Assembly (NCBI GenBank): GCA_963718525.1
Contig: OY970355.1
Coordinates: 3,264,001-3,328,000 of the forward strand
Origin: Candidatus Dormiibacterota bacterium
GTDB taxonomy: Bacteria > Chloroflexota > Dormibacteria > Aeolococcales > Aeolococcaceae
Direction of reading: 5' to 3'
DNA length: 64,000 bases
The position numbers and the translations under genes were made by a program. Positions 50,901 to 59,960 of this stretch are shown here, piece after piece. A model generated the notes under the pieces. The model had not been told where the DNA came from and made no database searches. It saw only the letters and a list, made by a program, of their open reading frames with translations. Numbering within the stretch: the stretch's first letter is position 1; every line of letters begins with the position of its first letter.

Positions 50901-52199
50901 CCAGCTGTCGGCGGCGCACTCGGCGACGATCTGCTGCGCGAGGATGTCCAGGGGAAGCCTGGGCGGGTGCACGGCGTCGAGCGCACCGCTCCGCACACCG
51001 GCAAGCAGCGCGGTGCATTCAACGAGCTCATCCCGCGTCATCGGGTAGAGGCGGCCTTTGGGCGTGCCCCCACGGCTGTGACCGGAGCGACCGACCCGCT
51101 GGAGGAACGTGGCGATGCTGCGCGGCGAGGCGATCTGACACACCATCTCGATGGGGCCGATGTCGATACCCAGCTCCAGCGATGCCGTCGCGACCAGCGC
51201 GCGCAGCTCGCCGGCGCGTAGTTGCGATTCCACCCGCTGACGGCGGTCTTTCGACAGGCTCCCATGGTGCGCCGCAACCGCATCGTCGCCGAGCCGCTCA
51301 GCCAGGAGATGCGCGACACGCTCGGCCATCCGCCGTGTGTTGACGAAGACGAGCGTGGTGCGGTGCGCGCGCACGTGTACGGCGATGGCGTCGAGCACCT
51401 CACCCAGCTGTTCTCGCGATGCAACCGCCTCGAGCTCGCCCGATGGCAGCTCGATCGCAACATCGAGCGCACGCCGATGGCCGACGTCCACGATGGCGCA
51501 ACGCGGGCTGCCGTCGGGATTGCTGCGCGACGGGCCTGCGCCGACCAGCAGGCGCGCAACCGTCTCGATGGGTCGCTGCGTCGCCGAAAGTCCGATACGC
51601 ACCGGTCGCTGCGTGCACAGACGGTCGAGGCGCTCGAGCGTGACGGCCAGATGGGAGCCACGCTTGTCGCGAGCGACCGCATGGATCTCGTCGACGATGA
51701 TCGTCGAGACCGTGGTGAGCGCCGCCCGGCTGCGTTGCGCGGTGACGAGGAGGTACAGGGACTCGGGCGTCGTGACGAGAAAGTTCGGCGGCCGTTTGAT
51801 CATCGCCGCCCGGACCGATTGCGTGGTGTCGCCGGTGCGAACCTCGGCGCGAAGCACGGGCGGCGTCAGGCCCATCTCCGTGGCGACCTCGGCGATCTCG
51901 CGCAGCGGTGTCTCCAGGTTCTGGTGCACGTCCACGGCGAGGGCCTTCAGGGGGGAGACGTACACGACCTGTGTCTTGTCCTGGATGTCTTCCCCGCGAT
52001 CCGCGGCGCGATACAACGCATCGATGCAGACGAGGAACCCCGCGAGCGTCTTGCCCGACCCGGTCGGGGCGGCAATCAGCGTGTGGCTACCGGCTGCAAT
52101 CTGCGGCCAGCCCTCGCTCTGCGCCGCGGTTGGACCTTCGGGGAATCGACGCTGGAACCAAGCTCGCACCGCCGGATGGAACGCGCGCATATCGCTCAT
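47940..52199 (-). CDS. lhr: Full-length Lhr SF2 helicase with C-terminal winged-helix region
   Basis: APTGSGKT, DEIH, LSAT, LELGIDIG and QRVGRSGH motifs; C-terminal RGGRFV..F.GEQFA. Confidence 0.93.
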   Translation of the reverse strand: MSDMRAFHPAVRAWFQRRFPEGPTAAQSEGWPQIAAGSHTLIAAPTGSGKTLAGFLVCIDALYRAADRGEDIQDKTQVVYVSPLKALAVDVHQNLETPLREIAEVATEMGLTPPVLRAEVRTGDTTQSVRAAMIKRPPNFLVTTPESLYLLVTAQRSRAALTTVSTIIVDEIHAVARDKRGSHLAVTLERLDRLCTQRPVRIGLSATQRPIETVARLLVGAGPSRSNPDGSPRCAIVDVGHRRALDVAIELPSGELEAVASREQLGEVLDAIAVHVRAHRTTLVFVNTRRMAERVAHLLAERLGDDAVAAHHGSLSKDRRQRVESQLRAGELRALVATASLELGIDIGPIEMVCQIASPRSIATFLQRVGRSGHSRGGTPKGRLYPMTRDELVECTALLAGVRSGALDAVHPPRLPLDILAQQIVAECAADSWREDDLYELMRKAAPFADLTREDFDRIIELTADGIPTGRGRVAAYLHRDQINGEVRARRGARLAALTSGGAIPETGDYRVLAEPDDTFIGTVNEDWAIESSAGDIFLLGSTSWKIRRVVAGTVRVVDAHGAPPSVPFWLGEAPARTEELSREVSDLRSGVEALLAEGGADEAITWVEQRAGVDNDVAAMVVRYLAAGRTALGVVPTLEHIVLERFFDDSGGMQLVVHAPFGGRVNRALGLALRKRFCATFDFELQAAASDDCVLLSLGPQHSFPLEDIPKFLSSNTVEEVLRKAAIFAPMWAVRWRWNLNRSLTVLRFKGGRKNPAPIQRLESDDIMGAVFPQLVACQNENPTGPVEPPDHPLVNQTMYDCLHEVMDVDSLRELVARIERKDVQVSFRDTVEPSPLAHEIVNGRPYTFLDDAPLEERRSRAITLRRGLPVEARDLAALDPDAIARVRGEAAPDPRDADELHDLLVALVVARPVPAWTEWFDELVSRGRALTVAAGGEAFWCAMERAAGVGVLWPSATLAPAPSAPPRAGAAAVPDRDALITAILRGHLEVNGPMTAGAIGTLAGLSASEVAIGLAAIEGEGFVIRGHFDPGISDQQWCARRLLARIHSYTQHRLRQEIEPVSAQDFVRFLLRWQRVAPGTQREGRAGVAATIAQLQGFEIPAGVWEETVLPSRVAGYRSAWLDELCMSGEVAWARLKVRDDGDGNSPPRSNTSASRATPVTLVMRSDLPWLLQSVRGEAQPLEPVTGATRDVLDALREHGALFTSDIVTLARRLPSEVESALWDGVARGLLTADGFSAVRRLLVSRRLGGSRPHHRGLRNGVSGYASGEGRWSLVQRAVPADDRDALAEAIAEQLLVRWGVVFRDVVARETIALPWRDVVWALRRMEARGTARGGRFVTGFAGEQFALPEAVDQLRSVRRRERSLESVRISATDPLNVAGIVLPGPRITSVRTNSVVFEDGLPVTSVAVAAQEFATG

Positions 52200-52228
52200 C
52201 TGGGCAACGTATTCTAGCATCCTGGAGG

Positions 52229-52240
52229 GAACAGACGTTC
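52229..52240. promoter_or_regulatory. Putative LexA (SOS) box upstream of lhr
   Basis: Perfect GAAC-AGAC-GTTC upstream of a minus-strand extended -10 TGcTAGAAT. Confidence 0.75.
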
Positions 52241-52242
52241 GC

Positions 52243-52971
52243 TCAGAGCAGGCGCGTCGGCAGTGGCGTCTCGACGGCGCCATCATGCTCACGGCGGATC
52301 TCGTACGCGAGTGCGCCGGGCTGCTCGGTGAAGGCCTCATACAGGTCGGTGCCGTGGTAGATGAGGCCGGCACCGTTGTCGGTCGCATACGACAGCGGCA
52401 GCGTCCCCTCCGCGACCAGCCGATGGATCAGCGGCCGCCGTTGCTCCTCCGCGTCGTGGTGCGGACTGTTGCCGTAGGGCAGGAATCCAAGCGCGTTGGT
52501 GACGGGTCGCAGCTCCGGTCCGAACGAGTTGGTGGTACCGCCGACGTGCCAGCACAGCGATCCTGCTGAAACGCCCATCAGCACGACCCCCGCCTGCCAG
52601 ACCCGGCGGAGGATCACGTCGAGGCCGTGGAGACGCCACAGGGCGAGCAGGTTTGCCGTGCTTCCGCCGCTGACCCAGATCACGTCCTGCCTTGAGAGGT
52701 GCTCCTCGACGTCATCGAAGTTGGGCATGGGGAACAGGTCAAGATGCGACACCACCATGTCGAGCTTCGAGAATGCGTGGTGCGTCGCCGTGAGCCACGT
52801 GGGGTTGTCACCGGCAGCGGTGGCGATGATGCACAAGCGCGGATGGGGCCCCGCTCCAGCCAGCTGCGCGGCCATGCTGTACGCCCGGCCTGGCTTGAGA
52901 TTCCAGTCGTCGCCGCCGTCAGGCTGAAACCCGATGCTGGTGGCGATGATGGTTGGCTGCGAAGCTGTCAT
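52243..52971 (-). CDS. Peptidase E (S51 family)
   Basis: WVSGGSTANLL, nucleophile GVSAG, SPH motif. Confidence 0.88.
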   Translation of the reverse strand: MTASQPTIIATSIGFQPDGGDDWNLKPGRAYSMAAQLAGAGPHPRLCIIATAAGDNPTWLTATHHAFSKLDMVVSHLDLFPMPNFDDVEEHLSRQDVIWVSGGSTANLLALWRLHGLDVILRRVWQAGVVLMGVSAGSLCWHVGGTTNSFGPELRPVTNALGFLPYGNSPHHDAEEQRRPLIHRLVAEGTLPLSYATDNGAGLIYHGTDLYEAFTEQPGALAYEIRREHDGAVETPLPTRLL

Positions 52972-53051
52972 CGGAGGATTGTGCCGGTGATGACCGAAGC
53001 AGGGGCCGCGTGAGCGCCTGAGGCGACGACCAGGAGGAGTGCCGCATCCGC

Positions 53052-54098
53052 GTGAGACCTTGGACTGTGCTCGTGGCGGTGATTGGGATCGCTGCCGTTG
53101 CCGGGATCGCGACTTCGACAGCTCAGCGCCCACCGACGCCGGCACCCCCACCGGCGCCGACCCGATCCGCCGCGCCAACCCCGATCCCGCTCGGCCCCAT
53201 CTCGGGAATCGGCTTCACGGTCGCGGACGATCCATCGAGCGGCCAGGTGGTGCTCTTCGGGGGCGTTGACAACTACGCCAACACCTGGATCTGGAACGGA
53301 TTTCGCTGGACGCTGGCCGAGCCCGCGACGAGCCCGGCGGGCCGCATCGACGCGGCCGCCGCGTACGACCCCCCGACGAAGCTGGTGCTGCTCTTCGGTG
53401 GGCGCCATGCTCCATACACGAGTGGCCCGTCCCTCAACGACACCTGGGCGTGGAACGGGGTGACCTGGCGCCAGCTCGACCGCGGCCTCGGAGGGCCTCC
53501 GCCGGGCGAGGGATCGTCGATGGCATGGGATGACGCCCTCGACGAGATGGTGCTGGTGACCGCTGCCGGCAGCGGTCCCGGCGGCGACGAAACCTGGGTG
53601 TGGAGCGGGCTGCGCTGGGTGCTCAAGATTCACGGCGCCGTAGCTCCGAGCGCGTTCGACCTCCCCATGGCCTTCGATCCGATCACACGCTCGCTGATCG
53701 CCGAGGGTTGTTGCTACGCACCCCGATCGCAGCTCGGTGCCCTCGACACCACGTGGCGTTGGAATGGGGACCGATGGCTCCAGCTCGCCGGCACCGCTGC
53801 ACCGCTTCCGGGTTCGTCACTGGCGCTGGATCCCTCCAGCGGCCGCCTTGCGCTGTGCAATTGCGGGCCTATGCTCGCGCTCCCAGCGCTCGCATCGTGG
53901 ACTGGACAGACGTGGGCGCTCCTGGATGTCGCTCGCCTGCCGTTCGAACCGGTGGCGGAGATCACTGACAGCGATTCCGGTCAACTCCTGATCTTCGGGT
54001 CGGCAACCCCGAGCAGCCCCTACGCGGCACAGCCGGTGCATATCTGGTCGCTGCGTGGGTCGACATGGCGGCAGCTCGACGCGGCCGCCGCTGCATGA
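53052..54098 (+). CDS. Secreted or anchored kelch-like beta-propeller protein
   Basis: GGAGGAG RBS; signal/TM; repeats D....VVLFGG..TWxWNG..W. Confidence 0.75.
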   Translation: MRPWTVLVAVIGIAAVAGIATSTAQRPPTPAPPPAPTRSAAPTPIPLGPISGIGFTVADDPSSGQVVLFGGVDNYANTWIWNGFRWTLAEPATSPAGRIDAAAAYDPPTKLVLLFGGRHAPYTSGPSLNDTWAWNGVTWRQLDRGLGGPPPGEGSSMAWDDALDEMVLVTAAGSGPGGDETWVWSGLRWVLKIHGAVAPSAFDLPMAFDPITRSLIAEGCCYAPRSQLGALDTTWRWNGDRWLQLAGTAAPLPGSSLALDPSSGRLALCNCGPMLALPALASWTGQTWALLDVARLPFEPVAEITDSDSGQLLIFGSATPSSPYAAQPVHIWSLRGSTWRQLDAAAAA

Positions 54099-54211
54099 CG
54101 CCTGTCACGAGCAGATGACGAGCTGCTGGAGGATGTCAGAAGGCAGCACGTTGTCGTGACAGGGCATCAACCGTCCAGAGAGGGCGACGGCTCACGCATA
54201 TCGTTCCTGAC

Positions 54212-55867
54212 ATGTCCCCACATGCGGGCGGCGCTGCAGCACCGCGTCTGCGAGTCATCGCCGGAGCGACGGATGCCGACGCTGCGCAACCCCTGGACGC
54301 AGCACCCGCGTCACCCGCCGTCAGGCGACGCCGGGAGCGCCTCAATGCTGAGCTGGACCTCCTCGAGATGGTGCCCTTCTCGGACCCCGATGCTGCGTAC
54401 GCGCCCGCAGCGGTGCTGGAGCGGCGCGCCCGTGCGCTGGGTGATGAGGGCGCGCTGAGGCGCGCCCAGCTGATCCAGGCGGACGTGCTATGCCGCAAGG
54501 GCAAGCACACGGCGAGCGGCCAGCTCATCCGGGAAATCAACGAGTGGGCGACGGAGCACGGGCACCGCCACCTCATGGCACGGAGCCACCGGCTTCTGTC
54601 GGTGTTCTTCGACTTCATCGGTGATGTGCCGAGCGCATGGGAACATGCGGTGCCCGCGGTTGAGCTGCTCGACGACACCATGTCGGAGCGCATGCGCGCG
54701 GACCATCTCTTCGGTCTCGGTCAGGTCCTCGTGCGCACCGGCGCATGGGACGCGGCGCGCGAGCGCTACCGCGCCGCGCTCCAGCTCGCCGACGGGCTCG
54801 ACGATGTTCCGCTCCGAGTCAAGATCCTCAACAACCTCGCATGGCTCGAGGACGATGCCGGCGATACGCACCAGTCGATGGAGATCGCCAAGCGCATGCA
54901 GGCGTTCGCCCAGCAGCACGACGTCGCGCTCGACGCAGCCTGCCTCGACACCATCGCGAACGCCCAGCTGAAGCTCGGTCTGTACGCCGAGGCCGAAGCC
55001 ACCCTCCGGCCCGTCCTCGACGACAGGCATCTGAGCACGCGCCCGATCGAAGGTCTGGGCGAAGCGCTCAACACGGCTGCTGGAGCGCAGCGTCTCCAGG
55101 GCCACATGGCCGACGCGGCTGCGACCGTCGATCGGTGCATCGAACTGTGCGCCACGCGCGGCATGGTTGCCATTCGGGTCGAGGCGCTTGAAGAGCGAGC
55201 GCGTCTCTACGCAGCCCAGGGACTCTTCCAGCGTGCATATGAGCAATACATCGAATTTCATGAGGAGGACGGCGCCCTGCGTGCCGCGCAGCGCGAGGCG
55301 AACGCGCGAACCCTCCAGGCCGTGTTCGAGACCACCGAGGCACGTCGCGAAGGAGAACGTTTCCGCCAGCTGTCATTGCGCGATGCGCTCACCGGTTTGC
55401 GCAACCGGCGACATGTCGACACCGAGTTGCCGCTCCTGCTGGCGCGCTCCCGGGAGGATGGGGCGCCCCTGGCCATCGGGTTGGTTGATCTCGACCATTT
55501 CAAAGAGGTGAATGACCGCTTCTCCCATGCTGTCGGCGACAAGGTGCTCGTGCGCATCTCCGGCATTCTGGCCGCAGCCACCGCCGAATCCGGGTGGGCC
55601 GCGCGCATGGGCGGAGAGGAATTCCTGCTTGTCCTTCCAGGCCTCAACCTCGCCGAGGCATTCCAGCGCTGCGAGGATGTCCGCCGCGCAATCGAGTCAG
55701 TGCATTGGGACGGGGCGATGACAGGCGAGGTCGTGACCGCGAGCATCGGTTTCACCATGCTGCAGAGTGGACGCACCAGCCAGGCGGCGCTCTTCGGGCA
55801 GGCGGACCGCAACCTGTACGCCGCCAAGCACCAGGGAAGGAATCGAGTAGTCTCAGATCTCGCGTAA
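54212..55867 (+). CDS. TPR-repeat diguanylate cyclase
   Basis: Helical repeats (ILNNLAW); RDALTGL, DLDHFK, HAVGD and RMGGEEF motifs. Confidence 0.9.
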   Translation: MSPHAGGAAAPRLRVIAGATDADAAQPLDAAPASPAVRRRRERLNAELDLLEMVPFSDPDAAYAPAAVLERRARALGDEGALRRAQLIQADVLCRKGKHTASGQLIREINEWATEHGHRHLMARSHRLLSVFFDFIGDVPSAWEHAVPAVELLDDTMSERMRADHLFGLGQVLVRTGAWDAARERYRAALQLADGLDDVPLRVKILNNLAWLEDDAGDTHQSMEIAKRMQAFAQQHDVALDAACLDTIANAQLKLGLYAEAEATLRPVLDDRHLSTRPIEGLGEALNTAAGAQRLQGHMADAAATVDRCIELCATRGMVAIRVEALEERARLYAAQGLFQRAYEQYIEFHEEDGALRAAQREANARTLQAVFETTEARREGERFRQLSLRDALTGLRNRRHVDTELPLLLARSREDGAPLAIGLVDLDHFKEVNDRFSHAVGDKVLVRISGILAAATAESGWAARMGGEEFLLVLPGLNLAEAFQRCEDVRRAIESVHWDGAMTGEVVTASIGFTMLQSGRTSQAALFGQADRNLYAAKHQGRNRVVSDLA

Positions 55868-55877
55868 GCGGATCTGC

Positions 55878-56681
55878 ATGACCACGCTGCTTCTCGTCCA
55901 CGCACATCCCGACGATGAATGCATCGCGACGGGCGGTGTCGTGCTACGCGCCCACCACGAGGGCATTCGCGTCGTCCTGCTGACCGCAACTCGTGGCGAG
56001 GAAGGAGACATCCACAACATGGATGCCGCAGCGGTTCGCCCGCGGCTCGGCGAGGTACGCACGGAGGAGCTGCGGCGCTCGTGCGCAATCCTGGGCGTCG
56101 ACCGTCAGGAGTTCCTCGGGTACCGCAACTCCGGGATGGCGGGCGCGCCGAGCAACAACGACCCGCGATCGTTCCACGCCGCGCCGCTGGGTGACGCTGC
56201 GGCACGAGTCGCGGCCGTCATCCGGGAGGAACGTCCGGACGTCGTGGTGACCTACACCCCGGACGGCACCTACTGGCACCTGGACCACGTCAAGGCGCAC
56301 GAGGCGACCGTCGCCGCGCTGGACCTGCTTGAGGCCGAAGGCTGGTCGCCTGCCAAGCTGTACCTGCATGCCGTGCCGCGCAGCGCCGTCGAGAACATCG
56401 AGCGTCGTGCCCGCGCAGCCGGGCTGGAACTCCCCGTCGAGGTCGGGCAGATCGTCGGGATCCCCGATGATCAGATCACCACCGCCGTCGACGTTTCGGC
56501 GTTTCTCGAACAGAAGCGCGCGGCGTTCAACGCCCATGTGAGTCAGTTCGAGCCGGACAGCCCGTTCTCGACGATCGCGGCCCAGATCTTCGAAGCAACA
56601 CTTGGGATGGAGCGGTTCATCCTCGCGCGAGGTGCGCTTGGCGGGCCGGAACCCGAGCCCAGCCTCTTCGCCGGGGTCTAG
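55878..56681 (+). CDS. PIG-L family deacetylase (MshB/Mca-like)
   Basis: HAHPDDE, TRGEEG, HLDH and AHVSQ motifs. Confidence 0.9.
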   Translation: MTTLLLVHAHPDDECIATGGVVLRAHHEGIRVVLLTATRGEEGDIHNMDAAAVRPRLGEVRTEELRRSCAILGVDRQEFLGYRNSGMAGAPSNNDPRSFHAAPLGDAAARVAAVIREERPDVVVTYTPDGTYWHLDHVKAHEATVAALDLLEAEGWSPAKLYLHAVPRSAVENIERRARAAGLELPVEVGQIVGIPDDQITTAVDVSAFLEQKRAAFNAHVSQFEPDSPFSTIAAQIFEATLGMERFILARGALGGPEPEPSLFAGV

Positions 56682-56689
56682 GAAGCGCG

Positions 56690-57712
56690 TCAGCGTGTCA
56701 GGGTCACCTTGGTCAGGCCGGCGGGAACGTCGGGGTCGAGATTGCGAGCGAGTGCTGCGGAGAGTGCGATCTGCTGACCACGCACCGCCGCCACCACCGG
56801 TTGCAGCGCCTCGGGAACCGCGCCGGGCAGCGGGAGGTCGGATCCGGGCTCGGGACTGATCGTGCTCACCGTCGCCCCACGGCTGCGAAGCAGCGCACAT
56901 AACTCGGCGACATCGCCGGCGGCAGGTCCGGGCGCCGAGAAGGCCAGCACCGGGACATCCGGCGTCACCGCCGCAATCGGTCCGTGGCGAAGGTCGGCGG
57001 CCGAGAACGCCTCGGCAAAGATCGCTGACGTTTCGCGGATTTTCAGCGCGGTCTCACTGGCCGCCGCCAGCATCGGCCCGCGCGCTACGGTGAGCACGCG
57101 GTCGGCGACGTCGAGCCGGTGAGCGATGCCATCGGCGCGATAGCGATCGTCAAGCACCTGGCTCACATGCTCCGGCAACGCGAGGAGGTCCGCATCCGTC
57201 CAGGGGACCGCGCCCATCGCCGAGGCAACCAGCGCGAGTGCCATCAGCGTTGCGGTGAATGTCTTGGTCGCCGGGATCGCCAGCTCTCCCCCGGCCGAGA
57301 GATCGATGACCACATCTGCGGCGTCGCCAAGCGGGCTTGCGGGCGCGTTGACGATTGCCACCGTGCGTGCGCCGGTGGCGCGCATCCGCTCCAGCACGCT
57401 GACGACCTCCGGCGTCCGCCCCGACTGGCTGATGCCGACAGCAAGATAGCCGCGATGGTCGGCGACGGCGTGATACAGGGTGTGCACGCTCGGGGAGGCC
57501 AGCGCGACGGGCCTGCCGCTCGCCATCTCAAAGAGGTAGCGGCCGAACAGCGCAGCGGTGTCGGACGATCCGCGGGCGAGCAGCACGGTGCCGCAGAGGT
57601 GCTCGGGCAGCAGCGGCCTGACCGAGGCGATGATGGTTTCGCGGCGCTGCACCATGCGCTGGAGCACGACCGGCTGCTCCGCCATTTCCGCGGCCATGTT
57701 CTCGCCATTCAT
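56690..57712 (-). CDS. Double-SIS sugar-phosphate isomerase/deaminase (probable GlcN6P deaminase, NagB-II type)
   Basis: EMAEQP, ARGSS, SQSG, ATKT, LKIRET, HGP and LTKVT motifs; no glutaminase domain. Confidence 0.82.
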   Translation of the reverse strand: MNGENMAAEMAEQPVVLQRMVQRRETIIASVRPLLPEHLCGTVLLARGSSDTAALFGRYLFEMASGRPVALASPSVHTLYHAVADHRGYLAVGISQSGRTPEVVSVLERMRATGARTVAIVNAPASPLGDAADVVIDLSAGGELAIPATKTFTATLMALALVASAMGAVPWTDADLLALPEHVSQVLDDRYRADGIAHRLDVADRVLTVARGPMLAAASETALKIRETSAIFAEAFSAADLRHGPIAAVTPDVPVLAFSAPGPAAGDVAELCALLRSRGATVSTISPEPGSDLPLPGAVPEALQPVVAAVRGQQIALSAALARNLDPDVPAGLTKVTLTR

Positions 57713-58704
57713 GCCGATCGCTCGTCGATCCAGGCACGGAGACGCGCCTGTGCGGCGCCGTTGGCCCCCGCCAGCGAGAGCCCGGCAAGCGCCGCGCCCA
57801 CGACGGGTCTGGTGGTGCACACGGTTGTCTCCGCCATGGGTGCCTCGACTCGAATCCCGGCCGAGATGAAGTCCAGGAGGATCGAGCGGCTGGAAGCAAG
57901 GATCGAACCCCCCAGCACCACCTGAACGGGGGCATCCTGCATCTCGAGTTGATGCAGTGCGGCGATCGCAAGCCGGGTCACCTCCGATCCCTGGCGACGC
58001 ATGATCGCAAGTGCCTCATCGTCGCCCGCCTCCGCTGCGCTGACGACAAGCGGTGGCAATTCAACCAGCCGCGTCGCGCTCAACGTGCCCTGATGGATCG
58101 CGACCGCGACGTCCAACGCGGTCGCGTAGCCGAAATACCCGGCGACCTCGTGAGCCAGCGTGGTCGGCGCACCCCGTCCATCCTCGCAGCGGACCCCGGC
58201 GCCGAGGGCAGCCATGCCGATGTCGGACCCACCGCCCCAGTCACCGGTGATGTCACCGAGCGCCGGGAACCAGGCTCGCCGTCCGGACGGAGCGGTTCCG
58301 ACACAGTTCACACCGGCGCCAACCGTGACTGCGACGCCGTATCCCGTGCTGGTCGCTGCCCAGAGCACGGCGAACACGTCGTTGGCGACGTGGTTCTGCT
58401 CCGCCCAACCCCTGGCGGCCACCGCCTCTGCAAGTGCAACCTCCTCGGCGGGCAGATCCGCTCCCGCCATGAACACCGCCGCGACGGCCGCGCGATCGCC
58501 GTTGCGCGAGGGGAGGCCGGCTTCGATCCAGGCGCGATCCACCAGGTCGTCGACCACGTGCACGGCCGGCCCCAGGCCCAGTTGATGTGGCGACGACCCG
58601 GCGCCTCGGACGGACGACAACACGATCCCGTCCGAGCGGAGGAGCAGGACGTCGGTCTTGGAGTTCCCCCCGTCGACGGCGATGACGAGGTCGTCTGGTG
58701 TCAT
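57709..58704 (-). CDS. BadF/NAGK family amino-sugar kinase (CsnK-like)
   Basis: AVDGGNSKT, VAND, GDWGGG and VLGGS motifs. Confidence 0.85.
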   Translation of the reverse strand: MTPDDLVIAVDGGNSKTDVLLLRSDGIVLSSVRGAGSSPHQLGLGPAVHVVDDLVDRAWIEAGLPSRNGDRAAVAAVFMAGADLPAEEVALAEAVAARGWAEQNHVANDVFAVLWAATSTGYGVAVTVGAGVNCVGTAPSGRRAWFPALGDITGDWGGGSDIGMAALGAGVRCEDGRGAPTTLAHEVAGYFGYATALDVAVAIHQGTLSATRLVELPPLVVSAAEAGDDEALAIMRRQGSEVTRLAIAALHQLEMQDAPVQVVLGGSILASSRSILLDFISAGIRVEAPMAETTVCTTRPVVGAALAGLSLAGANGAAQARLRAWIDERSA

Positions 58705-59960
58705 GCGAACGCAGGGAGGTATTTGCGGTTCGCGGCGAGCAGGTCGTCCAGCAACTGTTCCGCCAAGCCGCTCTGGCCGATGAGCGGATGAGTCAGGAGC
58801 GCACGAAACGCGAGCTCGCGGTCGCCGGTGACGGCTGCGCCGGCGGCGAGCGCTTCATATGCGGCGGTGTGGGCAATCAGACCCGCCTGGTGTGGGGGAA
58901 GGGCCGGGACCAGCAGCGGCTGCGCGCCCCTTGTGTCCACCCGCGCCGGCACCTCGATCACCGCCTCGTCGGACAGCTCGGGAATGGTCCCGTTGTTGCG
59001 GACATCCACGACCTGAACATCGGGGTCACCGCCGAACAGCGAGCCCAGCAGGTTGATCGCCGCCTCGCTGTAGTAGGCGCCACCTCGCTGCATGAGCAGG
59101 TCGGGTGTGTCCTGAAGCTGCGGGTCGCGATAGAGCTTCAGCAGCTCGCGCTCGACATCCATGACCTCTTCGGCACGACTGCGCAACTCGAGAAGTTCCT
59201 GCACGACAAGGTCGTGCTGGTAGTAGTAGCGGAGGTAATACGACGGCACTGCGGCAAGGTTGTCGATGATCCGCCGCGGCAGCTCCACGTGGGCCGCGAT
59301 CTCGTCGCCGTGCGTGCGCAGCAAGAGCGGAAGCACGTCCTCGCCGTTCACCTCGACCGAGCGGATCCAGGTGAGATGGTTCAGCCCGGCATGTCCGAGG
59401 TGCACGGATTCGGGTGGGACGTCCAGCCAGCCGGCGAACAGACGCTGAAACCCGATCGCGACGTTGCAGAGGCCGACGGCTCGGTGACCATGATCGAGAA
59501 GGGCTCGAGTCACGACACCCACCGGGTTGGTGAAGTCGATGATCCAGGCGTCATCAGCTGCGAGGCTGCGGACCTTGTCTGCGATGTCGAGAACGACCGG
59601 CACGGTGCGGAGTGCCTTGGCGAATCCCCCCGCGCCGGTCGTCTCCTGACCGACACACCCGCATCGGAGTGGGATGGTCTCGTCGGTGTGGCGGGCCGCC
59701 TGCCCCCCGACCCGGATCTGCAGCAGCACGGCTGACGCGCCGTCGACCGCCGAGTTGAGGTCGCTCGTCAGCGTGAGACTGCCGTGATACCCGTGTGCAC
59801 GTGCGATGCGCTGCGCTGCGCCGCCGACCATGTCGAGGCGCTGTTCGTCGGTGTCCTGCAGGACCACCTCATCGAGTCCGAGGCTCTCGCTGACCAGGCC
59901 GAATCCCTCCACCAGCTCGGGGCTGTACGTACTCCCCCCACCGACGACCGCTACCTTCAT
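58701..59960 (-). CDS. GH4 6-phospho-beta-glycosidase (CsnH-like)
   Basis: VGGGSTY, GQETTGAGG, FTNP, GLCN, GLNH and RGGAYYS motifs. Confidence 0.93.
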   Translation of the reverse strand: MKVAVVGGGSTYSPELVEGFGLVSESLGLDEVVLQDTDEQRLDMVGGAAQRIARAHGYHGSLTLTSDLNSAVDGASAVLLQIRVGGQAARHTDETIPLRCGCVGQETTGAGGFAKALRTVPVVLDIADKVRSLAADDAWIIDFTNPVGVVTRALLDHGHRAVGLCNVAIGFQRLFAGWLDVPPESVHLGHAGLNHLTWIRSVEVNGEDVLPLLLRTHGDEIAAHVELPRRIIDNLAAVPSYYLRYYYQHDLVVQELLELRSRAEEVMDVERELLKLYRDPQLQDTPDLLMQRGGAYYSEAAINLLGSLFGGDPDVQVVDVRNNGTIPELSDEAVIEVPARVDTRGAQPLLVPALPPHQAGLIAHTAAYEALAAGAAVTGDRELAFRALLTHPLIGQSGLAEQLLDDLLAANRKYLPAFA

